A DNA stretch of 64,000 bases from Methanobacteriota archaeon (GCA_016874675.1 VGTL01000007.1:41-64040), one strand, 5' to 3'; shown: positions 1-9,599, counted from the stretch's first letter. Program-made: numbers and translations. The notes: generated from the letters alone by a model not told the origin.

Positions 1-155
1 ACCGGCGTTTCTTGCGGTTCAGGGTCCGCATACATTCATATCCGCCTCTTAGATTTACCGAGAGGTCCTTATTTCGGGATTCTACATCCCCGGGCGTCCA
101 AAGAAAAACGCATAAGGGGCGAACGCGATGGCAGGGCCGGTATCGGGGTGCAAGG

Positions 156-410
156 ATGGGACTTCTCGACAAGACCAAGGACCTGGGGAAGAAGACGGTC
201 GAACTGGGCAAGAAGGGAGTGGACAAGGGCATCGATCTTGGGAAGAAGGGCGTGGGCGCCACGAAGGAGGCCGTGAGAAAACACAACTGCGTGGAGTGCA
301 AGCACTACGTGCCGGCCGACGAGAACAGCGGCGACTGCCCTCCCGGCGGCCACCGCATGGCCTCGGCCGACGTCGGCACCTGCCCGCAGAAGGCGTTCGT
401 GAAGAAGTAG
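156..410 (+). CDS. Small protein (84 aa) with Lys/Gly-rich ~11-residue repeats and a Cys4 putative metal site
   Basis: ATG at 156 after GGGGTG. Sequence MGLLDKTKDLGKKTVELGKKGVDKGIDLGKKG...CVEC...C...CPQ. Confidence 0.7.
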   Translation: MGLLDKTKDLGKKTVELGKKGVDKGIDLGKKGVGATKEAVRKHNCVECKHYVPADENSGDCPPGGHRMASADVGTCPQKAFVKK

Positions 411-415
411 CGCCG

Positions 416-1297
416 ATGGGCCGGATGGGCGGGCCGGGGACCCGATCGCGCCGGCCGCGATACTCGGGGATATTCGAGCGCCTGGAGCGCGAGGCCGGCT
501 TCGTCACTCCGCAGGACCCCATTTCCGAGTTCTGCCGCCGGGACATCGACCGGAGCCAGCACGCCGCGCTCGACGGCCCGGTGGCCCCGGCGCGCCAGGT
601 TTTCAGGGACCCGCGGGAGGCGGCCCGCGTCGTGTCCGGGTTCGCAAGGCAGGCCGGGGCCGACCTCGTGGGCTTCACCCGCGTGAAGCGGTCGTTCGTA
701 TTCGAGGGCGTCGAGATCCGCCATCGCCACGCGGTCATCCTGGGCCTGCAGATGGATTACGACCGCATGGCCGCCGCGCCGGCGCAGCCCGCCGGGAGCG
801 AGGCCCTCCGCGCCTACTGGGTGCTGGGCGGCATCACGGTCAAGGTGGCGGAGTTCGTCCGCTCGCTGGGCTATGCGGCCCGGGCCCACCACCCGAGGAG
901 CTCTGGCGGCCGGCCGCCGACGGTGCTTCACACCCTGGCCGCAGTTGAGGCCGGACTGGGGGAGACGGGCCGGTCGGGGCTGCTCGTCACGAGGGAGTTC
1001 GGGCCGAGGGTGAGGCTCTCGACGGTCACGACCGCGCTCCGCCTGCCAGCGGGGGGCCGCAAGGCCTTCGGCGTGGACCGCTTCTGCCGGGAATGCCGCG
1101 CCTGCCGGGAGGCCTGCGAGGGAGGGGCCATCCCGGACGAAAAAAAGCGCGTCCGGGGGGTCCTCAAGTACACCATCGACCCGGACCGGTGCCTGCCGGT
1201 GTTCGCCCGTTACGACGGTTGCGGGGCGTGCATCGCCCGGTGCCCGTTCAACCGGGGGCCGGGGACCGGGCCTGGTCATCGACGGGGACAGGTTTAA
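416..1297 (+). CDS. Reductive dehalogenase/epoxyqueuosine reductase-like 4Fe-4S dicluster protein
   Basis: GADLVGF motif, AVEAGLGETGRSGLLVTREFGPRVRL, CRECRACREAC and C-X9-CGACIARCP. ATG at 416 lies just after the upstream stop. Confidence 0.8.
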   Translation: MGRMGGPGTRSRRPRYSGIFERLEREAGFVTPQDPISEFCRRDIDRSQHAALDGPVAPARQVFRDPREAARVVSGFARQAGADLVGFTRVKRSFVFEGVEIRHRHAVILGLQMDYDRMAAAPAQPAGSEALRAYWVLGGITVKVAEFVRSLGYAARAHHPRSSGGRPPTVLHTLAAVEAGLGETGRSGLLVTREFGPRVRLSTVTTALRLPAGGRKAFGVDRFCRECRACREACEGGAIPDEKKRVRGVLKYTIDPDRCLPVFARYDGCGACIARCPFNRGPGTGPGHRRGQV

Positions 1298-1321
1298 TAC
1301 ATCGAGGGAAAATATCCGGCC

Positions 1322-2344
1322 GTGGGCTTTTTCAGGAAGTCGAAGATATGCCCCATATGCTCCGGGAGCAACGAGGTCTCCATCGACGAGGAGGCCGGGG
1401 TCTACGGCGTCGTGGTCTTCCCGTTCACCAGGGCGTCCTGCGGCTACTGCCGTTATAGATTCAGCTTTCCGGGCCTGACGCTCGCGCTGGGACCGGGCTG
1501 GCTGCTCCCGCCGCTGGTCGCGGCCTCCGTCCCGGGCGTGGCCGGGGCCGTGGCGCTCCTGGCCTTTCTGGTGACGGCCCCGGTCAGCCTTGGGGTCTTC
1601 CTCTCCATCGTCCATGCGGACCTCTTCGACCGTCTCCTGTACCGCCTGGTGCTGCGGGAGGCGGAGAAGCTCGTGCGCAGGGGCGAGAAATACGGCTGGG
1701 CCGGCCGCTTCGAGAACGAGGAGATGAGGGAGCGGGTGAAGCGGCGGCTCCCGGCGAGGCAGGGACAATCGCGGTGCTCATCTGCCGGCCGTTGGTTTGG
1801 GCCGCCACGGGCAGTCCTCGATCTCGCACCCCTTGCAGCCGACGAATATCGATATCGCCGGGATCACGGCGAAGCCGTCGACGCAGAAGGCAACAAGGAG
1901 GATGGCGGCGGGCCACGAGAAGGCCGTCCAGATGAGGCAGGTTCCACCCGCGAGGGGCGCCAGCCAGACGGGGAACATTATCGCTATGTTGCGCCGGAAC
2001 ACCCCGCGGAAGTCGCCGCCCGCCTTCCGGGCGAACAATCGCGGCGCCACCCTGCCGTAGCCGCAGGGGCAGGCGCCGGTCCCGAAGTGGTGGCAGTACG
2101 GGCAGATGATCGCCCAGAAGAGGACTATCGAGGCGGCGCAGTAGGCCAGGAAGAGGAGGGAGAGGGGCCACCAGAGGAGCCAAAGCATCGCCGCCCCCAG
2201 CGCGAACAGCAGGAGGGTCGGGCCGTTGTCCAGGGCGACGAGCCAGGCCGGGACCTCCCGCGCGCAGCGGTTGGGGACGCCGCAGTCCTCGCCCTGCCCG
2301 GCCCCATGGTCCCTTGGCGCCCCGTCCACGGGCATTTCGATTAG
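1322..2344 (+). CDS. Zn-ribbon membrane protein; only the first ~150 aa look genuine, the rest runs antisense through the next gene
   Basis: CPIC...CGYC followed by hydrophobic segments. No stop before the opposing gene. Confidence 0.5.
   Translation: MGFFRKSKICPICSGSNEVSIDEEAGVYGVVVFPFTRASCGYCRYRFSFPGLTLALGPGWLLPPLVAASVPGVAGAVALLAFLVTAPVSLGVFLSIVHADLFDRLLYRLVLREAEKLVRRGEKYGWAGRFENEEMRERVKRRLPARQGQSRCSSAGRWFGPPRAVLDLAPLAADEYRYRRDHGEAVDAEGNKEDGGGPREGRPDEAGSTREGRQPDGEHYRYVAPEHPAEVAARLPGEQSRRHPAVAAGAGAGPEVVAVRADDRPEEDYRGGAVGQEEEGEGPPEEPKHRRPQREQQEGRAVVQGDEPGRDLPRAAVGDAAVLALPGPMVPWRPVHGHFD
1778..2335 (-). CDS. Cys-rich multi-TM hypothetical membrane protein
   Basis: About four hydrophobic segments with CPYCHHFGTGACPCG and GCKGCEIEDCPW. 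Confidence 0.75.
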   Translation of the reverse strand: MPVDGAPRDHGAGQGEDCGVPNRCAREVPAWLVALDNGPTLLLFALGAAMLWLLWWPLSLLFLAYCAASIVLFWAIICPYCHHFGTGACPCGYGRVAPRLFARKAGGDFRGVFRRNIAIMFPVWLAPLAGGTCLIWTAFSWPAAILLVAFCVDGFAVIPAISIFVGCKGCEIEDCPWRPKPTAGR

Positions 2345-2398
2345 CCTGCGGCCTATTTACCTTTTGTTGTTCGCATAGTGGAAATGGTTGCCATTTTC

Positions 2399-2561
2399 AA
2401 GGCGCAGGGCGCAGGGCGCAGGGCGCAAGGGGCGAAGGCGCAGGGCGCAGGGCGCAGGGGTCAAGGAACGGGGAATTGAATGATCCGATAATCCCCTTGT
2501 CCCTTGCGCCTTGGCCCTTGCGCCTCACGCCTCGCGCCTTGCGCCTCGCGCCCTGTGCCTT
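2399..2561. repeat. Heptamer tandem inverted repeat (GGCGCAG/GGCGCAA arm, spacer, CTTGCGC arm)
   Basis: Tandem GGGCGCA units, ~30-nt spacer, then tandem CCTTGCG units. Confidence 0.85.
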
Positions 2562-2584
2562 GTATCATCCTCGAGCCCGCAAGC

Positions 2585-3751
2585 TCACTTGCGCCTTCTG
2601 AGCTGGAGGACGGCCCCTCCCAGGGTCAGGCAGGCCATGAGCACCAGAACGAGCACCTGGGGCCAGATGTGCTCCAGGCCCCAGCCCCGGAGCATCACCG
2701 AGCGCATGGCGTCGATGCCGTAGCGCAGCGGGACGCAGTAGGAGACGGGCTGGAGGAACTGCGGTATCGATTCCACGGGCCAGAACATCCCGGCGAGCAA
2801 AATCGACGGGAAGAGGACGAGCGGGATGAACTGGATGGCCTGGAGCTCGTTTTTGGCGCTCGCCGAAAGGAGGATGCCCAGCCCCTGGTGGACGAAGGCC
2901 AAAAGCAGGATGACGAGGAGCGCCACGGCGATGTTGCCCACCACGGTGATGTTGAATATCAGCATCGCCGCGAAAAGGATGACGAGGCTCTGGAGCAGCC
3001 CGAGCACCGCGAACGCCAGCGCGTACCCGAACACGATCTCGGAGGCGGTGGCCGGGGACACGAGCAGGCGCTGGAGGGTGCCGCTGCGCCGCTCGTAGAC
3101 GAACAGGATTATCGTCAGCATCGTGGTGACCATCATTATCGCCATCGACATTATCGCCGGGGCGAAGTAGTCGATGAACTTGGTGTCGCCGCCGCCGTAG
3201 GCGTAGGATATGTCAGGCTCTATCGGGATTTTGCGCGCGCTCTGGCCCGTTTCCTCGGTGATCTTGTTGATCGCGGCCAGGTAGGCGTTCGTGACGACCT
3301 TGAGCACGGTCTGGGCGATGTTGGGGCTGGAGCCGTCGATGTAGATTTCTATGCGGGCGGGCAGGGCCCCCGGAGTGGCATTGGCGCTCAGGAGGAAGTC
3401 CTGCGAGAAGTCCGGCTGGAACCTTATGGCGGCCCAGGCCTCGTTGCGGTCGACCTTGCCCTTCGATGCCTCCCAGTCCGTGGAGGCGGTCAGCTCCAGC
3501 GTATCGCGGTTGAGCTTGTCGATAACGCGGTTGCCGACGGTCCGGTTGCCCGAGAACATCGGGACGGACGGGATGCCGGAATCCAGGTTGACGATGTCCA
3601 CCTTCACGTGGCTCACCTCGCCTCCGAAGGTGTAGCCGAAGGCGAGCATCATGAGGAGCGGCATCCCGATGACGAAGCCCAGCGTCCGGCGGTCGTGGCG
3701 GAACTGGAGCAGCATCCGCCGGGTGAACCCGAGCATCCGCCGAGCGTTCAT
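2585..3751 (-). CDS. ABC-2 type transporter permease
   Basis: N-terminal TM, extracellular loop, ERRSGTLQRLLVSP motif, several C-terminal TMs. Confidence 0.9.
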   Translation of the reverse strand: MNARRMLGFTRRMLLQFRHDRRTLGFVIGMPLLMMLAFGYTFGGEVSHVKVDIVNLDSGIPSVPMFSGNRTVGNRVIDKLNRDTLELTASTDWEASKGKVDRNEAWAAIRFQPDFSQDFLLSANATPGALPARIEIYIDGSSPNIAQTVLKVVTNAYLAAINKITEETGQSARKIPIEPDISYAYGGGDTKFIDYFAPAIMSMAIMMVTTMLTIILFVYERRSGTLQRLLVSPATASEIVFGYALAFAVLGLLQSLVILFAAMLIFNITVVGNIAVALLVILLLAFVHQGLGILLSASAKNELQAIQFIPLVLFPSILLAGMFWPVESIPQFLQPVSYCVPLRYGIDAMRSVMLRGWGLEHIWPQVLVLVLMACLTLGGAVLQLRRRK

Positions 3752-4470
3752 TCCGCACCCCTCCTCGCGACCTCCAGGAAGACGTCCTCGAGCGACCTCT
3801 TGCCGTGTTTTTTCATGAGCTCCTCCGGGTCGCCCTCGGCGATGAGCCGGCCCTGGCGCAGCAGGCCGACCTTTTGGCAGTGGCCCGCCTCGTCCATGTA
3901 GTGGGTGGTGATGACCACCGTTATCCCCTTCTCGCCCAGCTTGTCGAAGTACTCCCAGAACGAGGCGCGCAGCTCGGGGTCCACGCCCACCGTGGGCTCG
4001 TCCAGGATGAGCAGCCTCGGCTCGTGCAGCAGGGCGCAGGCCAGGCTCAGCCGGTGCCTCATGCCGCCGCTCAGGGTGGAGGCGAGATCGTCCCTCCAGC
4101 CGGCAAGGTCGACGAAGTCGAGCATCTCCCTCTCGCGCTCGCGGAACCGGGCCGGGGTCATCCCGTAGAGGCTCGCGAAGAGCTCCAGGTTCTCGTGGAC
4201 GGTGTTGTCGATGTAGACCGCCACGTCCTGGGGCATGTAGCCGATCGAGGAGAGGACCTCGCCGGAGGGCATGGCCCTGCCCAGCACCTTGACCGACCCA
4301 AAGGTCGGCCTGAGCAGGCCGCAGATCATCTTTATGGCCGTGGTCTTGCCCGAGCCGTTGGGGCCCAGGAGGCCGTAGGTCTCCCCTTCTTCGATCTTGA
4401 GGTCCAGATTGTCGACCGCGGTGAATTTCCCGAACTTCTTGACAAGCCTTCCCGTCTCTATCGCCGCCAT
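3748..4470 (-). CDS. ABC transporter ATP-binding protein
   Basis: GPNGSGKT, LSGGM, LILDEPT, TTHY. ATGA overlap with the permease. Confidence 0.95.
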   Translation of the reverse strand: MAAIETGRLVKKFGKFTAVDNLDLKIEEGETYGLLGPNGSGKTTAIKMICGLLRPTFGSVKVLGRAMPSGEVLSSIGYMPQDVAVYIDNTVHENLELFASLYGMTPARFREREREMLDFVDLAGWRDDLASTLSGGMRHRLSLACALLHEPRLLILDEPTVGVDPELRASFWEYFDKLGEKGITVVITTHYMDEAGHCQKVGLLRQGRLIAEGDPEELMKKHGKRSLEDVFLEVARRGAE

Positions 4471-4474
4471 CCTC

Positions 4475-5062
4475 TCACCCCTTTCTCAGACCCTCCACGA
4501 ACATCGAGCAGAAAGCGCGTATCGCCCTGTCGTCCATGGTGATGAACATGTCCTTCCCCAAAAACGCGGTCATCACGAACGAGCGGAAGAAGAAGCTGAA
4601 AAAGACCATCGCGGCCATCCTGGGGTCCACCTTCCGGATGAGGCCTTCCCGGGCGGCCTCTTCGAAGTATCCCGACAGGAGCTCGATGGCCGCCCGGGGC
4701 GCCGGCTCTATCCGGCGCCACATCCTGGGCCGCCGGTGCATCTCGGTCATGCCGAGCTTGAGGATGGGCGCCTTCTCGAGCATCCCGGCGAGCATGAAGC
4801 TCCCTATGAGAGAGAGGTCCTCCACGACGTCGCCCGTGGCCGGGAACCCGCCGGGCGGGAGGCGCTGCTCCATGTCCGCCTCCCGGTCGAGCAGCGCGAA
4901 GAAGAGCTTCTCCTTGGTCCCGAAGAGCCTGAAGAGCGTGACCTCGTTCGCGCCCGCCCTCCGCGCTATGGCCCGCGTGGTGACGCCGTCGAAGCCGCGG
5001 CGGCAGGAAAGCTCGAGCGCGGCGTCGAGCAACCGGGTGCGGGCGTCCTTCCTCCGGGCCAT
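4475..5062 (-). CDS. TetR/AcrR family regulator
   Basis: GFDGVTTRAIARRAGANEVTLFRLFGTKEKL HTH; ATG at 5062. Confidence 0.92.
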   Translation of the reverse strand: MARRKDARTRLLDAALELSCRRGFDGVTTRAIARRAGANEVTLFRLFGTKEKLFFALLDREADMEQRLPPGGFPATGDVVEDLSLIGSFMLAGMLEKAPILKLGMTEMHRRPRMWRRIEPAPRAAIELLSGYFEEAAREGLIRKVDPRMAAMVFFSFFFRSFVMTAFLGKDMFITMDDRAIRAFCSMFVEGLRKG

Positions 5063-5079
5063 CGTACCACCGGGCAGTG

Positions 5080-5101
5080 TATGCAAGTGCTTGCTTGCAT
5101 A
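5080..5101. promoter_or_regulatory. Putative TetR operator TATGCAAG-N6-CTTGCATA
   Basis: Perfect 8-bp inverted arms ~18 nt upstream of the tetR start, downstream of a TATATAT box at ~5116-5122. Confidence 0.7.
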
Positions 5102-5216
5102 ATGGCTTCTCGTGGATATATACCTTTGCCCGGCCGCCAAGACCTGACAGGCATTTATTATAAATAACTATAACCGGATATAGAAAGTTATAATAACCCC
5201 GACGAGCCAATATACC

Positions 5217-5441
5217 ATGATGACGGCGACCACGATTCAGATAGACAAGGGCTTGAAAGCGCACCTTGACGGCCTGAAGCTCCATCCCCGGGAGACCTAC
5301 AACGAGGTGCTCGAAAGGCTCCTCGAGGACCAGCTCGAGCTCAGCGAGCAGACCAGGCGGGAAATCGAGGAGGCGCTCGAGGCGGTGCGCAAGGGGCGCT
5401 TCAAGACCCACGAAAAACTGGGCAGGGAAATGGGATTCTAG
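5217..5441 (+). CDS. Antitoxin (RHH-like) of a RelE/ParE toxin-antitoxin pair
   Basis: TTIQI...LKLHPRETYNEVLERLL with an acidic C-half; 1-nt overlap with the toxin. Confidence 0.8.
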   Translation: MMTATTIQIDKGLKAHLDGLKLHPRETYNEVLERLLEDQLELSEQTRREIEEALEAVRKGRFKTHEKLGREMGF

Positions 5442-5692
5442 TGCCTTTCCAGATCATTTGGTCCGAGCCGGCCGAGAAGGCGCTGAGGAAGCTCGACCGG
5501 TCCGTTGCGAAACGGATATACGGGACCGTCGGCCGGCTCGCGGGGGACCCGCTTCGCAACGTCATCCGCCTTGTCAACTCCCCGTATTACAGGTTGCGGG
5601 TGGGTGATTACCGGGTGATATTCGACCTCCAGGCCGACCTGATGAGGATCCTCGTCGTCAAGGTGGGCCACCGCAAGGGCATCTACGGTTGA
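5441..5692 (+). CDS. relE: RelE/ParE family toxin
   Basis: AEKALRKLD...YRLRVGDYRVIF...VKVGHRKGIY. Confidence 0.9.
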   Translation: MPFQIIWSEPAEKALRKLDRSVAKRIYGTVGRLAGDPLRNVIRLVNSPYYRLRVGDYRVIFDLQADLMRILVVKVGHRKGIYG

Positions 5693-8600
5693 GCCCCGGG
5701 GGGTTTCGGCCCGCCCCTCCCCGGCTTCGGCCCGCCTCGTCCCCTTCCGCCGGCATGTAGGCCGCCGCCCGCCGGCGGCGGCCTGTCTCCGTGCCGGTGC
5801 GAGAGGATGCGCAAAAGGATGTAGATGATGATGGACACGGCGAGGAGGGCCCCGACCGCCGCGGCGGGCATCTCCCAGCCGACGTTCGGGCCGGTCGCCT
5901 GCCGCACATCCACCGTGACCGTCCGGACCGAGACGCCCCCGGCGGCGTCGCTCGCGGTCAGCGTCACCGTGTAGCGGCCGGGCCTGGAATAGGCGTGGTG
6001 GGCCCTCGCCCCGGTCGCGGTGGAGCCGTCGCCGAAGTCCCACAGGTACGAGAGGGCCTCCGGCGGGTCGTCGGGGTCGGTCGTGCCCGAGCCGTCAAAA
6101 CGGAGCTCGGAGCCGGTGGCGGCGCTCCCCCCGACCGGACCGATCCGGGCCGAGGGCGGGGTGTTTTCGACCACCACGAGGAAGGCGGCGGGCGCGCTCC
6201 ACTCCCCGAGCTGGTCCATCACTGTCAGGTTGACTGTATAGACGCCCCGGCGGGCGTAGTAGTGCGTCGGGGCCGGCAACTCGGAGGAGCCGCCGTCGCC
6301 GAACTCCCAGCGGATCCGGACGACCCGGCCGTCGGGGTCGGAGGACCTCGAGACGAACGAGAACAGGGTGGCCACCGTGCCGTTTTGCGGGAAGACCTGA
6401 AGCCGCGCCTGCGGGGGGGCGTTCAGGACCGCAACGACCGTCGAGAACAGGAAGGTCGACCCGTCCTCGAGGCGGACCAGGAGCTCCACGGTGTAGTTGC
6501 CCGGGATGGCGTAGGTGTGGCCGGCCGCAAGCCGCGCGTCCGACATCTCCACCCCCCCGTCACCGAAAGACCACATGCCGGAGACCACGCGCTCCGCCGG
6601 GCCGGTCATTTCGACCGAGAAGGCGACCGGGCTCCCGGACCGGGCCGGGTCCGGGAGGGCGCGTATGGTCAGCTCCAGCGCCGGGGGCGACACCTCCATG
6701 TTGAGGGCGTTTTGGCACTCCCGGACGGTCCCCTCGAGGTTGGACAGCCACGCCCGGACCGTGTACCGGCCGGGCGAGGTGTAGGCGTGGGTGGCCGAGA
6801 GCGCAGTGGACCACTCCGTGGCGTTGCCGTCCCCGAAATCGAACCGGACCCCGGCGAGCGCCCCGGCCGAGCGCTCGAGGCGCACCGAAAAAATCACCGG
6901 CTCCCAGCAGGCGACCCGCGTCCCGCCCGACACGAGCGAGCCGTTCGGCATCGCCGAGACGAAGAACTGGACCGTGGCCAGGTTGTTGTCCTCGAAGAGC
7001 TCGTCGATGAGGTGGGTGGAATCGACCATGAAGGAGGCGTTGTGCCACCCGGGCGTGGCGATGGCGGCCGCCGAGAGACCGAACTCGCACCCGGGCAGGC
7101 ACTCGGCCAGCTCCTTCGCAAGCAGGGGGCTTCCATCAAGGCCGATTTCGAGGACGGCGCCGGGCGCCGGCTGTTGGAACGGGTTGAAAGAGGCGTTGTG
7201 GACGCCGGTGGCGGAGATCCGCACCAGGTCGCCCTCCACCGGAGAGGGGGGCGAGACCTGGAGCGACAGGGGATGGAGCTCCGGCCCGCTGCGGAGGGAC
7301 AGCTCGAGCTGGAACGGGCGGTCCACCACCCCCTGCACCCGGCCGACGCCCTTCTGGTCGGCGAGGGCGGTGAACTGGTGGGGGTTGTAGTCGCGATCGG
7401 TCCCGTTCCACCATACATGCTGGCCCTTGACCGCCAGCGTCTGGCTGCGGTATTCGGGGAGGTCGACCGCCACCGCACCGAGGCGGTCGGTCACGAGCAG
7501 GTGGAAGGTGCCGGCCGGCAACCAGTTCTCGGGGTCCCCGGGCGGGTTGGCGTTGTACCTGGCCGTCACCCGGACGCTCCAGAACCTCCCCTCGCGGCAG
7601 GCGCCGTCGCCCGCCGCCGGGCCGAATGCGTTGCCGCCGGAGTCCCCGGTGTAATCCAGCCCGTGGATGCCCCAGGCGCTGATGTTCTCCAGCTGGTTGG
7701 AGTTGACGGCGATGTCGGTCCTGCGCAGGGCGATGCCGACGCGCGAGCCCGCGACCGTGTTGCGGTCCACCGAGCCGGGGTTGTGCGAATCGGACCGCAT
7801 CTCCACCGAAATGCCGGTCTCGTTGGCCGAGACCCCGTTCCCGGTGATGTCCCCGGTGAAGTCGACCGCGAGTATTCCGGTCTGCGCCTGCCCGGCCAGC
7901 CGGTTCCCGCTGACCGTCACCTTGGAGGAGCGGATATCGAGCCCGGTCCTCCCGCCCAGGATGGTGTTGTTGGATATGAGGCCCCGGCCGGAGGCGTCCT
8001 GCATCATGCTGGCGTTGATGCCCGTGGTCCCGGAGCGCACGGTGTTGTCGGATATCCTCCACGGCAGGCCGTCCGGGTTCTTTCCGCGCACCTCGATGCC
8101 GTTGTCAACGGATTCCACGGTGTTGCCCACGACATTGCCGTACGACTGGACCACCACGCCGTAGTTGGAGGCGGTCACACGGTTCTCGCCGACGATGTCG
8201 TCGTTGTTGTAGCCGCCGAAGTATATGCCGGTGCCCATCCCGGAGATGTTGTTGCCCCGGACCTCCGAGTACTCGAGGATGCTCGGGTTCCTCAACAATA
8301 TCCCGTAGGTCCCGATGGTCGGCCTGGCCGGCCCGTCGATCGTGTTTCTGAGGACGCACGCCGGCCTGCTGCAATCGATCATACCGCCGTTGTGGCCCAG
8401 TTCCGAGCGGATGGTATTGCCCTCCACGAGGCCCCCGCCCGAGCTGAGCGCGATACCCTTGCCGCCGAGGACCGAGTTCTCCCGTACGGCGAGGGTGTCG
8501 GTGGTGAAGTCGTAGCAGACGACGGCGTAGTCCTTGCAGTTGAAGGTCGAGCGCCCGATGATGGTCACCGGCGAATAGACCGCCCCGATGGAGCTGCCGT

Positions 8601-9498
8601 CCCCTTCGAACGCGCAGCCGCGCACCAGGCTCTCCTTGGGATCGTTGAAGAAGACGGAGCACTCCGGCCGGCTGAGGAACCCTGAGGCGACGAGGCATCC
8701 GGTGTAGCTCCGGTTGAATGTGCAGTCCTCGACGGTCAGGTTGGCTCCCCGGCCGGCGGCGGCGGCCGGCGGCGCGTCGCGCGCGCGCCCCCCCGCCTGG
8801 CCGAAGCCGCACCCCGACATTACTGTCTTCGAGGAATAGAAGGAGCAGCTGGCCCGGTAGGAGAAGAGGCAGTCCACGACGGTGACGTCCGAGAGCGTGG
8901 AGTCGATGCCGCCGGTGGCCTCGTCGGTGCAGTTCACCAGCGACACCGAGGAGTTCCAGATGTATAGGCCCGCCGAATCGTTGCAGGCGAACCGGGTGTC
9001 CTCCAGGGTGATGCGCGAGTCTTCAAAGACCAGCACGGGCTCCCAGTCCTTGAAGGTGTCGTTGAACACGCACTGCCTGAAGCTGGCCGTCCCGCCCAGC
9101 ACGTTGATGCCGCCCCTCTTGGTATCGAAGCTGGGGCCGATGTTGCCCATGCAGGACCGTTCCGCGTCCAGCTCCCCGTAGACCCGGAAGAACGCCGCCG
9201 GGACCGCCGGGTCGGGGTTCACCGTGCAGCCGATCAGGGTCAGGCGGGCGCCCCTCCCGACCGTTATCCCGCTCTTGTACGAGGAGGTCTGGTTGAACGA
9301 GAGCAGGACGTTGTCCAGCGTCAGCCGGGCCCCCGACCTGACCGTGAGGTTCCAGGGGCCCAGCTCGATGGTCTCGTTCGAGACGAGTGTGTCGGCCGTG
9401 ACGACCCAGTCCTGGCCGGGAGGGGGGGCCTGCGCCGGGACGGGAATGGCCGGGACCAATGAAAGGAGCACCAATGCAGTGACGGCGAGCGCTCTCAC
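5683..9498 (-). CDS. Membrane-anchored surface protein: right-handed beta-helix (NosD/CASH-like) + CARDB + 4 PKD + C-terminal TM
   Basis: Signal peptide, repeated GI...V..NT motifs, IDELFEDNN, four FGDG PKD motifs, TM followed by a basic tail. Confidence 0.85.
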   Translation of the reverse strand: MRALAVTALVLLSLVPAIPVPAQAPPPGQDWVVTADTLVSNETIELGPWNLTVRSGARLTLDNVLLSFNQTSSYKSGITVGRGARLTLIGCTVNPDPAVPAAFFRVYGELDAERSCMGNIGPSFDTKRGGINVLGGTASFRQCVFNDTFKDWEPVLVFEDSRITLEDTRFACNDSAGLYIWNSSVSLVNCTDEATGGIDSTLSDVTVVDCLFSYRASCSFYSSKTVMSGCGFGQAGGRARDAPPAAAAGRGANLTVEDCTFNRSYTGCLVASGFLSRPECSVFFNDPKESLVRGCAFEGDGSSIGAVYSPVTIIGRSTFNCKDYAVVCYDFTTDTLAVRENSVLGGKGIALSSGGGLVEGNTIRSELGHNGGMIDCSRPACVLRNTIDGPARPTIGTYGILLRNPSILEYSEVRGNNISGMGTGIYFGGYNNDDIVGENRVTASNYGVVVQSYGNVVGNTVESVDNGIEVRGKNPDGLPWRISDNTVRSGTTGINASMMQDASGRGLISNNTILGGRTGLDIRSSKVTVSGNRLAGQAQTGILAVDFTGDITGNGVSANETGISVEMRSDSHNPGSVDRNTVAGSRVGIALRRTDIAVNSNQLENISAWGIHGLDYTGDSGGNAFGPAAGDGACREGRFWSVRVTARYNANPPGDPENWLPAGTFHLLVTDRLGAVAVDLPEYRSQTLAVKGQHVWWNGTDRDYNPHQFTALADQKGVGRVQGVVDRPFQLELSLRSGPELHPLSLQVSPPSPVEGDLVRISATGVHNASFNPFQQPAPGAVLEIGLDGSPLLAKELAECLPGCEFGLSAAAIATPGWHNASFMVDSTHLIDELFEDNNLATVQFFVSAMPNGSLVSGGTRVACWEPVIFSVRLERSAGALAGVRFDFGDGNATEWSTALSATHAYTSPGRYTVRAWLSNLEGTVRECQNALNMEVSPPALELTIRALPDPARSGSPVAFSVEMTGPAERVVSGMWSFGDGGVEMSDARLAAGHTYAIPGNYTVELLVRLEDGSTFLFSTVVAVLNAPPQARLQVFPQNGTVATLFSFVSRSSDPDGRVVRIRWEFGDGGSSELPAPTHYYARRGVYTVNLTVMDQLGEWSAPAAFLVVVENTPPSARIGPVGGSAATGSELRFDGSGTTDPDDPPEALSYLWDFGDGSTATGARAHHAYSRPGRYTVTLTASDAAGGVSVRTVTVDVRQATGPNVGWEMPAAAVGALLAVSIIIYILLRILSHRHGDRPPPAGGGLHAGGRGRGGPKPGRGGPKPPGAQP

Positions 9499-9599
9499 AA
9501 TGACCCCGCGAGTATTTCGCCGGCGGACTATATAGATTTATTGGGACGTTTTTAAGCAGCCTTGAAATACCACCGCCCCCATTCTGCGGCGGTGGTGGC

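Noticed and set aside
1-35. Possible start of a minus-strand gene (MYADPEPQETP...)
   Set aside because: Only 11 codons are visible, too few to support a call.
2399-2561. Repeat elements as CRISPR arrays
   Set aside because: The units are degenerate 7-mers in inverted arms, not identical 25-40-nt repeats with regular spacers, and there are no cas genes.
5791-8685. Many long alternative-frame ORFs (e.g. 5791-8685 +, 27693-31544 -, 41844-45989 +, 14439-17228 -)
   Set aside because: They are R/G/P/A-rich or antisense shadows of clearly recognisable genes, as expected at high GC.
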